A DNA stretch of 64,000 nucleotides from Eledone cirrhosa (taxonomy: Eukaryota): assembly GCA_964016885.1 (NCBI GenBank), contig OZ024758.1, positions 22,816,001 through 22,880,000 of the forward strand, read 5' to 3'. The notes beneath the pieces are model-generated. The model did not search any database. It was not told where the DNA came from and was given only the letters and a program-made list of their open reading frames with translations. A program made the translations under genes and the position numbers. Below are positions 50,516 through 64,000 of this stretch, in pieces (within the stretch, counting starts at the first letter, position 1; each line of letters starts with the position of its first letter).

Positions 50516-50594
50516 ACTAGAAGAGGTAAATATTTATATTATATTTTTTAATGTATTTTGAAAAATTGATTGAATTTTACTTGTTCTGCTTATC

Positions 50595-50661
<67 letters not shown>

Positions 50662-50681
50662 ATGTATATATATATATATAT

Positions 50682-50995
50682 CATCATCAACATTTTACGT
50701 CCGCTTTTCCCTGCTTGCAAGGGTTAGATGGGTTGTCCTGTTGTGGGCAGTGTCCAGTCAGCTGACCCTGCCTTGCTCATACGGAAACTGATTCTGGCTT
50801 GATTTCTACAGCTGGGTGCCCTTCCTAACACCAACCTCATTTACAGTGTGGGCTGGGTGCTTTTTTGCCATGGCACCTCCACAACCACTTTGCAGTGGAA
50901 TGATAGGGAAACAACACATCACCTAGTCCAAGAATTGAACTCGCAACCTTTCTATTGCAAGCCCAATGCTCTAACCACTAAGCCATGTGCCTTCA
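50682..50995 (-). mobile_element. SINE A variant lacking the CORE-like segment
   Basis: tRNA-like head joined directly to the RTE-derived 3' part. Confidence 0.75.
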
Positions 50996-51116
50996 AAGAA
51001 TTGCATGCACCTCTTGACCAGGACTGAACCCAAGGCCTGGATCTCCACCATCCCTAGTACCTACCACTAGGCCACTGAAACAACTATATGTATATGTGTA
51101 TAATATATATACACAT

Positions 51117-51147
<31 letters not shown>

Positions 51148-51473
51148 CATACACACACATATGTGTGTGTATATATATATGATTATTATTATTTAACGTC
51201 TGATTATTATTATTTAACGTCCTTTATGATTGAGTTCAAATCCCGCCAAGGTTAACTTTGCCTTTCATCCTTACGGGGTCGATAAAATAAAGTACCAGTA
51301 ATACACTGGGATAATTGCTGGCCTTGTGCCAAAAATTAGAAACAATTATTATTTAACGTCCGCTTTCCCTACTATATGTTCATATATATACTATACATAC
51401 CCACACACTAAACATACATGTACATATAAACATATATCATCATCATACATCCGCTTTTCCTTGCTTGCAAAGG

Positions 51474-51642
<169 letters not shown>

Positions 51643-53167
51643 GTATACATATATGTGTGTGTGTACATATACACACGTACAGAGAGAGAGAGAAGTGTAT
51701 CAGGTGGAAGTGGTATACAATTTACTAGTTCAGGAGAGTTGTCTGTCAGTAAGTAGTTATAGCAGGTTTAGTTGTTCAACGTTGTACAGATATGCTTTCA
51801 TTAAGACAAATGTCTTGCAAGATCATTATAACTTAAGGCGGTGACTTGGCAGAATCGTTAGAGGGTCTGACGCCATGCTTTGCAGCACAGAGTTTCGGCC
51901 CTTTCCATTCTGAGTTCAAATTGCTGGCCTTGTGCCTAAAGTAGAAACAATTATTTCTGCCCGAGGTTAACTTTGCCTTTCATCCTTACGGGGTCGATAA
52001 AATAAAGTACCAGTAATGCACTGGGAAATTGCTGGCCTTGTGCCTAAAGTAGAAACAATTATAACTTAAGCCCACTAGCAAAAGACATTTTTTTTTTTTT
52101 ATTTGAAGGCCACATTGAATTAACTGCAATCTAATAAGACTACACTGGTCTTACATTACTCTATATTTAACCGTTTAGCATTTACATTGCTCTATATTAG
52201 CATTCACATTATTCTATATATACTATTATAATTTCATGGTAAAGGCTTTACCTCACACAATATCGAATCTATGAGATTTTGTAAGTATTTATTTTGAGAA
52301 CAATACCGTAACATCAGTTTGAGCAGCTGGTTACAGCCAGTTTCAACAGAAAAAGATAGAGAATTCTGGTCGGTTTTGAACATTAAAGGATTAAGACGAA
52401 TGTCTTGCAAGATCATTATAAGCTCACTTGCAAAAGACATCTTTTTTTAATTTGAAGGCCACATAGAATTATCTGTAATCTAATAAAACTACACTGGTCT
52501 TAACCCATTAGCATTTACATTACTCTATATTTACTATTGTATATTTCATCGTAAAGGCTTTACCTCACATAATATAGAATCTATGAAATTTTGATATTAT
52601 TTATTTTGAGAACAATACCTTAACATCAGTATGAGTGGCCAGTTACAGCCAGTTTGAACAGAAAGAGGTGAGAGAATTCTAGCCAGATATGGCCAGTTTA
52701 AATGTTAAAGGATTAAATATATGGAAATCATCATCATCACCAACATTTAACGTCCATTTTCCATGCTTGCCTGGGGTTAGATGCGTGAAAATACAATAGT
52801 AAATATAGAGTAATGTAAATGCTAAAGGGTTAAAGTGTTTATACTTATCTAAAAGCCTTCCATCATAATTTTATGTAAGAACTGTACGTAAGCAAGGTAC
52901 AGACATCTCGTCCAGTCTGAGATCAGTAACCCCGCTTCAGTACTGAATTGGTCGATGTAGACCCAACCAACTCTTGCTAGCAGGGAAAGGGAACGATGAA
53001 ACGATGATGATGATGATGTCTAATGAAATACTTTGTATTTTAATTAATCAATGACGAATTTAGTAAGGATTAACTAAAATTATTACTTCAGTAAGATGGT
53101 ATCTGTAACATAACCAAATGTTCCTATATAAATTATATTGTAAGGCTTTAATTTAAGTAGGAATCCT

Positions 53168-53408
53168 TTAACCCTTTAACATTCACATTACTCTATATAT
53201 ACTATTGTATTTTCACAGGTAAGGCTTTACCTCACATAATTATTTCACATAATTATCTCACATAATATCGAATCTATGAGATTTTGAAAGTATTTATTTT
53301 GAGAACAATACCTTAACATCAGTTTGAGCTACCAGTTCCAGCCAGTTTCAACAGAAAGAGGTAGAGAATTCTGACCGGTTTTGGCCGGTTTGAACATTAA
53401 AGGGTTAA
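53168..53408 (-). mobile_element. piggyBac-like MITE, complete copy
   Basis: TTAACCCTTTAA...TTAAAGGGTTAA termini. Confidence 0.85.
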
Positions 53409-53450
53409 CATTACATTACTTATTATCAATTTTTTTATTTTATATATATA

Positions 53451-53740
53451 TCTATCTATCTAAGGCGGGTAAAATTCCCGAGATCCATGGACGAGTTCTC
53501 TCCAGCGGTCTCTGACCTGAAAATCCGCCTCTTCATTGCTGTAGTGGAGTCTGTGCTGCTGTATGGGTCTGAGACTTGGACACTGACCAAGAAACTCACT
53601 CAGATGGTGGATGGGTGCTACACGAGAATGCTGAGGATGGCTCTGAACATTAATCAGTATACACTGAGGATGAAAAACTCAGAGCTGTATGGGAGCATCC
53701 CAAAAGTCAGCTCAAAAGTGACACAGAGGAGACTGAGGTT
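53451..53740. mobile_element. RTE-type LINE fragment with internal inversion
   Basis: Minus-strand tail (53451-53512) joined to a plus-strand ORF piece LKIRLFIAVVESVLLYGSETWTLTKK...RRLRL. Confidence 0.75.
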
Positions 53741-54016
53741 ATATATATATATATATAGATATATATGTGTGTGTGTTGTGTATTGTGTGCGCATCCTGGG
53801 TTCAATCAGGGGTAACCACAGTAAGTAAGGTACTCAATACATAGTATAGTATAAATGTTTAAATAGAAATGGCTTCTACAGGACTAGAACTGCTTCATTC
53901 AAAGGAAATCATTATTTATATATATATATACCTTCTCTCAGTTCATTAACATTAAATATTGAAACTACATGAAGAAAGCCTGGTAGATTCATAAACGTGT
54001 TAACTGTAAAAAGAAA

Positions 54017-54621
54017 TATCACACACACACACACAAATATACACCACACACACACAAATATACACACACAGACACACAAATATACACCACAAAGACACAC
54101 AAATATACACCACACACACACCACACACACACAGACAAATATACACACACAGACACACAAATATACACCACAAAGACACACAAATATACACCACACACAC
54201 ACACACAAATATATTCACCACACACACAGATATACACCACACACACACACACACAAATATACACCACACAGACACACAAATATACCACACACACACACAA
54301 ATATACACCACACACACACAGACACACAAACATACCACACACACACAGACACACAAATATACCACACACACACACACACACACAGACAGACATAAATATA
54401 CCACACAGACACACAAATATACACCACAAAGACACACAAATATACACCACACACAAATATATTCACCACACACACAGATATACACCACACACACAAATAT
54501 ACACCACACACACACACAGATATACACCACACAGACACACAAATATACCACACACACACACAAACATACCACACACAGACACACAAACATACCACACACA
54601 CACACAGACACACAAATATAC

Positions 54622-54653
<32 letters not shown>

Positions 54654-54758
54654 TAAATATACCACACAGACACACAGACACAAATATACACCACACAGAC
54701 ACATAAATATAACACACACACACAAATGTACACCACACACAGAGACAGAGCACATGAC

Positions 54759-54800
<42 letters not shown>
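54017..54800. repeat. CA-rich compound repeat followed by (AGT)n
   Basis: Repeated CACACAAATATACAC motifs. Confidence 0.9.
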
Positions 54801-54801
<1 letters not shown>

Positions 54802-55278
54802 AAGGAACCAAGTGAGAAAGTGACATTATGGCATCTCAACAAATATTAGACAAAACATATAGCAAGACACAATAAGAGCAGACAGGTCAGCAGGTAAATT
54901 ATATAGTGACCACTGGTGACATTGGCTACTTCCCAGACAGAGACACATAAGAAGAGCTCACCAAACGTACTGACATCAACTTCTAGAAATAGATATCGGT
55001 ATGCTAAGTTTATATCATAGACTTTCTATTATACTAAAGCTCAAAATAGAAAATAAATTAAAATACTAGTTTGAGCAAAGCTTATACTGAAACAACACTA
55101 ATAAATCATACAGTTATTATTTTCAAGGATCATGTGAGATTGTCTAGCCATACGTTTTCTGATACATTTTACACCAGTGTTTCTCAAATTTTTGGCCTAC
55201 ACGGCCACATAATATCTTCAGTGCCGATATTTCTAGTGAGACCTGCCTACATGTAAATTGTAAATAATATCATCATGG

Positions 55279-55662
55279 GTTGGCAGTATCGGTAGAGGGT
55301 CGGATGCCATGCTTTGACGCATAGAGTTACGGCCCTTGCCGTTCTAAGTTCAAATCCCGACGAGGTTAACTTTGCCTTTCATCCATACGGGGATCGATAA
55401 CATAAAGTACCAGTAATGCACTGGGGTAATTGCTGGCCTTGTGCCAAAAGTAGAAACAATTATCATTATAAGGGCGGTGGATTGGCAGTATTGGTAGAGG
55501 GTCGGACGCCATGCTTTCCTGCATAGTTACGTCCCTTTATGATCTGAGTTCAAATCCCGCTGAGGTTAACTTTGCCTTTCATCCTTACGGGGGTCGATAA
55601 AATAAAGTACCAGTAATGCACTGGGTAATTGCTGGCCTTGTGCCAAAAGTAGAAACAATTAT
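55279..55662 (+). mobile_element. Two tandem SINE B copies
   Basis: Direct match to 23682-23870 twice. Confidence 0.85.
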
Positions 55663-55669
55663 CATTATA

Positions 55670-55910
55670 TGTCCGCTTTTCCCTGCTTGCAAGGGTGGGA
55701 CGGGAACTGATTCTGGCTTGATTTCTACAGCTGGATGCCCTTCCTAACACCAACCTCATTTACAGTGAGTGCTGGGTGTTTTTTTTCCGTGGCGCCTACA
55801 CGTCCACTTTACAGTGGAATGATAGGGACCCCAGTCCTATCATTTCATTTCTGCAGCTGAATAAACTGGAGCAATGTGAAATAAAGTGTCTTGCTCAAGG
55901 AAACAACACG
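55670..55910 (-). mobile_element. SINE A copy, truncated
   Basis: Reverse-complement match of body and tail. Confidence 0.8.
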
Positions 55911-56314
55911 TAAATAATTGTTTCTACTTTTGACACAAGGCCAGCAATTACCCAGTGCATTACTGGTACTTTATTTTATCGACCCCCGTAAATATGAAAG
56001 GCATTTGAACTCAGACCGTAAAGGGGCATAACTCTATGCTACAAAGCATAGCATCCGACCGTCTACCGATACTGCCAATCCATAACATATACTATGTATA
56101 AATAAATATTATATATTTTTTATTTTACTATATTTATATGTAATATGTATCATTTGATATTTAATTATATCATCTCTACTGCTCTGGGTTGGCTGTATTG
56201 GTAGAATATCAGACAACATGCTTTGCAGCATAGAGATACGGCCCTTTCATCATTACCAAATTGTTGGCCTTGTGTCTAAATCATAAACGATTATACTAAT
56301 AACATAAAGAGAAG

Positions 56315-57010
56315 TGGATTGGCAGTATTGGTAATTGGTAGAGTGTCGGAAAAAATGATTTGCAGTATTTAGTTATGACTTCCTACATTCTGAGTTCAAA
56401 TCCCACTGAGGTCAACTTTGCCTTTCATCGTCCCAGGGTCAATATTAACTTTCCTTGATCCCCAAATTGCTGTCCTTGTGCCTCAATTAGAAATCATTAT
56501 CCTAGTAACATTACAATAAGTCCTGTGGATTGGAAGTATTTAGTTAACAACCCTTTACATTCTGAGTTCAAATCCCACTGAGGTCAACTATGCCTTTCAT
56601 CGTCCCAGGGTCAATATTAACTTTCCTTGATCCCCAAATTGCTGTCCTTGTGCCTCAATTAGAAATCATTATCCTAGTAACATTACAATAACTCCTGTGG
56701 ATTGGAAGTATTTAGTTAACAACCCTTTACATTCTGAGTTCAAATCCCACTGAGGTCAACTATGCCTTTCATCGTCCCAGGGTCAATATTAACTTTCCTT
56801 GATCCCCAAATTGCTGGCCTTGTGCCTCAATTAGAAATCATTATCCTAGTAACATTACAATAACTCCTGTGGATTGGAAGTATTTAGTTAACAACCCTTA
56901 ACATTCTGAGTTCAAATCCCACTGAGGTCAACTTTGCCTTTCATCGTCCCAGTGTCAATATTAACTTTCCTTGATCCCCAAATTGCTGGCCTTGTGCTTC
57001 AATTAGAAAT
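56315..57010 (+). repeat. Four tandem copies (about 179 bp) of a diverged SINE B plus flank
   Basis: Near-identical repeats of CTGAGTTCAAATCCCACTGAGGTCAAC...CCTCAATTAGAAATCATTATCCTAG. Confidence 0.85.
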
Positions 57011-57012
57011 AA

Positions 57013-57040
57013 CTAGCAGAATGGCCCGGCGTTGCACGGG
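57013..57040 (-). mobile_element. Helitron 3' terminus
   Basis: Minus strand CCCGTGCAACGCCGGG hairpin, short spacer, CTAG|T. 5' end not identified. Confidence 0.55.
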
Positions 57041-58511
57041 ATTCTAAACATAGATTGGCATGTTTATCCCTCCTTTCTGAAACAGTACAGAGAAGTACGG
57101 AATACCTCGGCCTGGGGATGGTGTCTACATTTTGTGCTTATAAAAAAAATGTGTCGTAGATTACCAGGGGTTTAACTTAATTGGGTGCCTGAGAGTAAAA
57201 TGTTCAACCCACGAAAGCCAAGATGATAGGGTTAAGTAAAAAGGCATTCAACAAACCGAACATGTATTTGTTGTGCTATGGTACAATGGAAGCAATAGTT
57301 ACAGCACACTAATAGAATTATGTATGTAAGACATATTTCTATTATTAACCTTCACCTTGGTTATTATTGTAATCAACGTACTCAACGATTATCTTCAGGT
57401 GTAAGAACTATTGTATAGAGCCATGAATCATCAACTTATGTCAGTGAACATTAATGCTTTAAGCACCTCAACTTGATGTCTATGTTGAGAGAGTTCTTAC
57501 TTATTCTAACTAGACTATTCTATTTATGTATGTAAATATATCTAAATATATCCTTGTATTATGCAGTATTGCAAACATTTATAATGTTTGTTCTTATTAT
57601 TTCACATCATATATCTCCTAAAGGAATGTCTGCAGTTTTCTGGGACCAAAAATAACCTCTTCTCAAAGTCAAACAAATAAATCTGCTCGGCTTGATCCTT
57701 TACACCCATTATCACCACCTAGCAGGAAAAACAGACATTAAATGATGGTGATGATGATGATGACCATAATCATCATCATCATCATCATCATCACTATTTT
57801 ATGTCTATTTTCCATGCTTGCATGAGTTAACTTGTCAAATGTTTCTAGATTATCTCTATTGATTTAAAAAAAACAACAGAATTAGTCATTTAGTTTACAT
57901 ATTGAGATCCCAAACCTTCCTACATATTTTATAACGTATGGGATTTCTAATAACGTACTATTTTTGTCATGTTAATGTTTTTTAACTGAAAATTAATGAA
58001 AATAAATTCTCGCAGGAATGCTACCACTTAAAATAAAATTTCACTGGAGATAGATAAGTAAAATTTAATAGGGGTTTTAATATAAGGTTCCACATTTTAA
58101 AACGAGCAATTCTGTATTATAAATCCAGGCCAGGCCAGTTTCAGATGGTTTGGTGTCAAAAGAGTTAAACAATGATGAAAATAAATAGACAAAGAGATCA
58201 GATTATTAAAAAAAGAATTTTCTTTGACATCAATATTAATCCTACTAATCCTATATACATCATACTCCTATAATTAATTTCTTGCTTTTCTACAAATACC
58301 TTTCTATAATGACAAATAGCAAGTTTGATTTTCTTGGTCTACCTTCAAACAGCAAAATTATGCTATATTTTTAACCAACTTCTACTTAAGCTTAACCCTT
58401 TAGAGTTTTAGCCAGCCGCATCCAACCAGAATTTTCTCACCTCTTTCTGTTCAAACTGGCTGTAACTGGCCACTCATACTGATGTTAAGGTAGTTAATTA
58501 TATATATATAT

Positions 58512-58604
58512 AAGGACCGTGACAAGTGGAGAGATGCTGTGCTGAATAAGACCCGTCCCACCCTTGCAAGCAGGGAAAAGCGGACGTAAAATGATGATGA
58601 TGAT
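58512..58604 (+). mobile_element. Short 3' fragment of RTE family 1
   Basis: GACAAGTGGAGAGATGCTGTGCTGAATAAGACCCGTCCCACCCTTGCAAGC...(GAT)n, inserted in (TA)n. Confidence 0.85.
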
Positions 58605-58614
58605 ATATATATAT

Positions 58615-58840
58615 AATAATACAAGGACAATTTGTTAAGTCTTCATTACGTTTATTGATTGGTGACGTGGGTTTCGCTATTGATCAACTCAAGGTTTGAT
58701 CTGTATTGATCTGGCCCGACTCTGGAATCAAAAGCTCATTGATACAGATCGATATAGATTGGAGCTGTTCAATAGTGAAATGTGCATCACCAATCAATAA
58801 ACGTAATGAAGGCTTAATAAATCGTTCTTGTATTATTATA
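58615..58840. repeat. Diverged inverted repeat, same family as 19682-19800
   Basis: CTTCATTACGTTTATTGATTGGTGA / TCACCAATCAATAAACGTAATGAAG. Minus strand matches GAGCTTTT...AGAGTCGGGCCAGAT...GATCAAACCTTGAG...ATAGCGAAAC. Confidence 0.8.
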
Positions 58841-59147
58841 TTATACTCTGTCTAGCTCTATCTACTGATGTGAACCTAAACATCGAGTGCTCACCCGGGT
58901 GAACCTACAGTAACTTCACGTTACACTTCCTGGTTATATATATATATATATATACACACAAAAACAAGATGGCGTAGGAGAGAACAAAGGAGAGGCACAA
59001 AAACAAAGAAAAGAATACCCAGTCACTGAAGAGGTCACAGAATGTGTGACGAAAGAACTTTTTAATTTATAATAAATTGAAGTGAAAGCAACTGGTGCTT
59101 GTGTTTCTTATTGGCAACATGACCCCCCCCCCCCCAAAAAAAAGTAT

Positions 59148-59192
<45 letters not shown>

Positions 59193-59279
59193 TACATATA
59201 CATACATATATATATATAGCCTGCTTTTAAATTCCCTTTTTGGCATATTCTGGCAGCGGTTTAGGGTTATCGTGTTTGA

Positions 59280-59365
59280 GCTCTACTGATGAACGACTCC
59301 AACCGTGACCATCCCCACTGCACTGAAAATTTCCGTGAAATAGTCTTTTTAAGACTATATAGAGC
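59280..59365 (+). ncRNA. Type I hammerhead motif with a full stem III
   Basis: Stem I GCTCTA/TAGAGC, CTGATGA 59286-92, stem II ACG/CGT around a 38-nt insert, GAAA 59337-40, stem III ATAGTCTT/AAGACTAT, cleavage after A59359. Confidence 0.75.
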
Positions 59366-59784
59366 ATTTGTAGTTTTTCCAAATTGAAGGATGAGTATTT
59401 AAGCTTTATTTGATTCTGAGTTAAGACTCTATTGGTTTTTCCCTGGATTTCACAAAATCTGTGGATAAAATCTGTCTTGATTTTTTTTTAATTGAGTTTG
59501 AATTATTTTCCCATATCTTACATTAATTATTTTCCATTTTGACATTATAGTCACTTATATATTATGAAATACTGTTGGCTTCTTGCTCACATTAATTTCT
59601 ATATTTTCATTTATATATATATGCATATATATTCATGTCATTGGCTCATTTAAGTTATTTTTCTTAGCTCATTTTATTTCTTTTGATTATACAAATTACT
59701 CTAGGCAAACATTCTTCATAACTCTTTGAGAATATGTAAAAAAAAATACCTGTTTATTGATCAAAGAAGACTTAAATAGATTAT

Positions 59785-59827
59785 GCTCTGCTGATGAGGT
59801 CCAATAAGACAGAAACATGCCCATAGC
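59785..59827 (+). ncRNA. Degenerate minimal hammerhead motif
   Basis: GCTCTG-CTGATGA-gGTC/GACa-GAAA-CATG-CC-CATAGC. The conserved U before the cleavage site is C. Confidence 0.45.
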
Positions 59828-60511
59828 TATCTCTTTACCTGGAAACAAATATCAGATTGTCCCTTAAGGATGTAAATTATTTCTCAATTTCTTGAAACTA
59901 TCCTTTTCTTTGTGAATTACTACCAATTACTACTAGAATATCTTCCCCTCCAACTAAGAAGGAAATTTCAAGTAATTGAGAATTCATTTCCACGTGAATT
60001 ACATAGATCATGTATTATGACTAGCTTGACTAAATTAATAGGAATTGCCACTGCACTCAGCCATAACTGTCAAGGTGAAATGTGTAGTGTAGTAGTAATA
60101 GGCTGATAGCAGCAGTAATTCCAGCACTGGAATTGAACAGACTGTCTAGTAACTTCTCAACAGAATGTCATTCATATATAATCAATTTGAAAAAAAAATA
60201 GGAACTGAAGCTAAGATTAAAAATCATTGGTCACACTTCGAAGGTTCTTTGTTCCTTAACACATCAAGGAAACTGATAATGAACAAGTAGTTACAGAAGA
60301 AATTATGGTGGTTACTTGATAAAATAAAATATTTCAGGTGAATTCAGTTAATATCATTATCAGCATCATCATTTAATGTCTATCTTCCACGCTAGCATGG
60401 GTTAGATAGGTTTGTCCCATCTGAGGCAAGTTTGGTCGGGTAACTGTGTCTCACTTGTATAGGACTGTTTCTAGCTGGTTTTCTACGACTGGATGCCCTT
60501 CCTAACGCCAA

Positions 60512-61065
60512 CCACATTTACAGTGTGTGCTAGCTGCTTTTTGCTGTGTCTCCTACACGATCACTCTACAGTGTGGATTGGGTGCTTTGTGTCGTGACAC
60601 CTACACGACCACTTTACAGTGTGGACTGGGTGCTTTTTGCCGTGACACTTACACGACCACTTTACAGTGTAGACTGGGTGCTTTTTGTCATGACACTTAC
60701 ACGACCACTTTACAGTGTAGACTGGGTGCTTTTTGTTGCGTCTCCTACACGACCACTTTACAGTGTGGACTGGGTGCTTTCTGTCGTGACAACCACACAA
60801 CCACTTTATAGTGTGGACTGGGTGCTTTCTGTCGTGACACCTACACGACCCCTTTACAGTGTGGACTGGGTGCTTTTTGTTGCGTCTCCTACACGACCAC
60901 TTTACAGTGTGGACTGGGTGCTTTTTGTTGTGACACCTACACGACCACTTTACAGTGTGGACTGGGTGCTTTTTGTTATGACACCTACACGACCACTTTA
61001 CAGTGTGGACTGGGTACTTTTTGTCGTGACACCTACGCGACCACTTTACAGTGTGGACTGGGTGT
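60512..61065. repeat. 48-bp minisatellite inside an RTE 3' UTR-like fragment
   Basis: Repeated CCACTTTACAGTGTGGACTGGGTGCTTTT... Confidence 0.9.
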
Positions 61066-61879
61066 TTTGTGGTACCAACATAATTTTACAGAGTAATGGT
61101 AGTGTGGGCGGAAATGGGAGTTAATCATCATCATCACCATCATCATCAACGTTTAATGTCTATCTTCCACGTTAGCATGGGTTTAGACGGGAATTTGTCC
61201 TACATATATATATTTAGTTATTAATTATTAATACAATTGGTGATGAAAAGCCAGATCTATTGGTGATCTTTCTATGGAGAAAGAAACATTTCTAGCTCTA
61301 AAGCTGCATTTCTCAACCAATGTTCTCCAGGAAGCCAGGGTCCCGCAATAATAAGTTAATCCATTTTTTAGTAATTTTGGTTTGGTTTTATATTCGTAAT
61401 ATTACTATAGATGTAGGCCGAAACAAATGAGATCGTGTAGGTGTCACGACAAAAAACACACAGTCCACGCTGTAAATGTGGCCGTGTAGGCAACACGGTA
61501 AAAACCTCCCAGCCCCACACTGTAAATGTGGTTGGTGTTAGGAAGGGCATCCAGCTGTAGAAAACCCGCCAGACAGTCCACGCTGTAAATGTGGCCGTGT
61601 AGGCAACACGGTAAAAACCTCCCAGCCCCACACTGTAAATGTGGTTGGTGTTAGGAAGGGCATCCAACTGTAGAAAACCCGCCAGACAGTCCTATGCGAG
61701 CAAGACAACCACTCTTGCCTCAAGTGGGAAAACCCCCGTCCAAACCCATGCAAGCGTGGAACACGGACGCTAAACCTGATGATGATGATGATGATGATGT
61801 ACAGCATATTGTTGGAAAACCCTTAATTATTATAATAATGACTTCACTCTCTAGAGATAGGAATTGATAATTATTTCTC

Positions 61880-62130
61880 ATCATCATCATCATCATTCGT
61901 CGACTACTGTCGAGATGATGGATCTCACTCTCGTGCCCCAGAATTCCCTGTCCCCCATCGCTGCCCCCAGGTCCCGTCTACCGATTCCCGTATCCCTAGA
62001 GATAACGTCAGGGAATGACAGCTTCCTACTCCTAGTCAGGCTGGAGTCAGGGTTCCAGAGCAAGAGAGCGGATATGATTTCATTGCTGGCACGGTGACAG
62101 TGGCCAGCAAATTGAGCTCTCCGGGATTTT
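61880..62130 (-). mobile_element. RTE-type LINE 3' fragment
   Basis: SRRAQFAGHCHRA...RKLSFPDVISRDTG...AMGDREFW followed by a (GAT)n tail. Confidence 0.8.
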
Positions 62131-62134
62131 AGAT

Positions 62135-62712
62135 CATTTCTACTTTTGGCACAAGGCCAGCAATTATCCCAGTGCATTACTGGCACATTATTTTATCGAC
62201 CCCGTAAGGATGAAAGGCAAAGTTAACCTTGACTGCATTTGTACTTAGATCGTAAAGGGCCGTAACTCTATGCTGAAAAACATAGTGTCCGACCTTCTAC
62301 CGATACTGCCAATCCACAGCCATTATTGGCAGTATCGGTAGAGGGTCGGACATGCTTTCCAGCATAGTTACTTCCCTTTACAATCTGAGTTCAAATCCCG
62401 CCGAGGTTAACTTTGCCTTTCATCCTTATGGGGTCGATAAAATAAAGTACCAGTAATACACTGGGGAAATTGCTGGCCTTGTGCCAAAAAGTAGAAACAC
62501 TTATTAATGAGATAGATATTAATGACTGTTTCTACTTTTGGCACAAGGCCAGCAATTACCCAGTGCATTACTGGTATTTTATTTTATCGACCCCGTAAGG
62601 ATGAAAGGCAAAGTTAACCTCGGCGGGATTTGAACCCAGACCATAAAGGGCCGTAACTCTATGCCGCAAAGCATGGTCGCCGACCCTCTACCGATACTGC
62701 CAATCCGCCGCA
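62135..62712. mobile_element. Three adjacent SINE B copies in -/+/- orientation
   Basis: 62135-62320(-), 62325-62505(+), 62525-62712(-). Confidence 0.85.
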
Positions 62713-62914
62713 TATAATTATTTTTATGCAGGGGTGCTCTGATACATGAAAACTATTTCAAGGGTTCCACAAGGTTAAAAAGGTTGAGAAACTCTGCTCT
62801 AGAGAAAGGGATAAAACAAAGGCAGTTAAACCTTCAGCTTTTGTTTCCAGAAAAAAACCACAGCAAATCTAGACAATATAAAATACTGTAAAGTAGATAT
62901 GTATTTAGAGTACA

Positions 62915-63262
62915 ATCATCATTTCATCATCATTTCATTTTACGTCCGCTTTTTCCCTGCTGGCAAGGGTGGGACGGGAACTGATTCTGGCTTGATTTCT
63001 ACAGCTGGATGCCCTTCCTAACACCAACCTCATTTACAGTGAGTGCTGGGTGCTTTTTTTGCCGTGGCACCTCCACAACGACTTTGCAATGAAATGATAG
63101 GGACCCCAGTCCCTATCAACTCATTTCTACAGCTGAGTAAACTGGAGCAATGTGAAATAAAGTGTCTTGCTCAAGGAAACAACACATCACCCGGTCTGAG
63201 AATTGAACTCACAACCTTTCGATTGCAAGGCCAATGCTCTAACCACTAAGCCATGTGCCTCC
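62915..63262 (-). mobile_element. SINE A copy
   Basis: Full-length reverse-complement match. Confidence 0.9.
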
Positions 63263-64000
63263 ATATGCTGCATTTAAAAAAATTCCTGCTATGCTGGATT
63301 TAATTCAATTTAGGTTACATACAATGCCTAAATATTGAATCGCACATTTGATAAGTGAGGAAAGAAGAAAGATTTGTACCATTTCAGCTAAATCTTTTGT
63401 AATAGTTAATCTACTTACATCCCAACTACATCTAAGTATAATAGTTCATAGTATTCTGTATGGTGGTTTAACTGTATCATGGGACTGATTAGTATAAATA
63501 ATTGTAGTCTAAAGTAACAACAACAAGCTAACATTTAACTATTTTCTATATGCCAGATTTAATATTACAAATGAATTAGACTCTCAATATCACTGATTGT
63601 TTATTGATTTAGCATGGGATTCTCTGCATCCTACTTAAAAAAATATTAAAACCAACATAATGATTTCTAGTATAAGTATATAGGTACAAGGCCAGTAATT
63701 TGGGCGGGGGGAGTCGATTAAATCGACCCCAGTCTGAGAATTGAACTCACAACCTTTCGATTGCAAGGCCAATGCTCTAACCACTAAGCCATGTGCCTCC
63801 AGGTAGGAAAAGGTAATTATTTATCAACCACCATTGTATCAGTGTACATTCTTCAGATTCATTTGTACTACATTCCTGGAAGTAACATCTCTTAATTACT
63901 CCCTAGGACTTCCATCAAAGGTAGCTAGGTCAAGAGAGTAAATACAGTGTCTATATTTATAGTTAAACTAACTAGAAATAATTATGCAGTGGAGGGGGGG

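Overview
AT-rich, repeat-saturated animal genomic DNA. The repeat content (RTE LINEs, tRNA/CORE-type SINEs, piggyBac MITEs, long TA/CA/ATC microsatellites) suggests an octopus/cephalopod genome, which is inference only. One host gene is supported: five phase-compatible GT-AG exons on the minus strand (34049-33634, 25192-24939, 16357-16131, 15471-15269, 11428-11348; about 393 codons, no stops) encoding the membrane domain of a strongly diverged SLC9A/NHE-type Na+/H+ exchanger. Its ND motif reads ID and the conserved transmembrane Arg is Thr. The first and terminal exons were not located with confidence. The rest is mobile and tandem DNA: a 5'-truncated but uninterrupted 959-aa RTE ORF with a PHD-like finger, fragments of other RTE families and a Dong/R4 element, many SINEs and MITEs, Helitron ends, and minisatellites grown from SINE/LINE internal segments, including a 5.9-kb 86-bp array. 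About ten type I hammerhead-ribozyme motifs of different sequence families sit in short, often palindromic cassettes between (TA)n tracts, the pattern of Penelope-like element remnants. Repeat boundaries were read by eye and are approximate.
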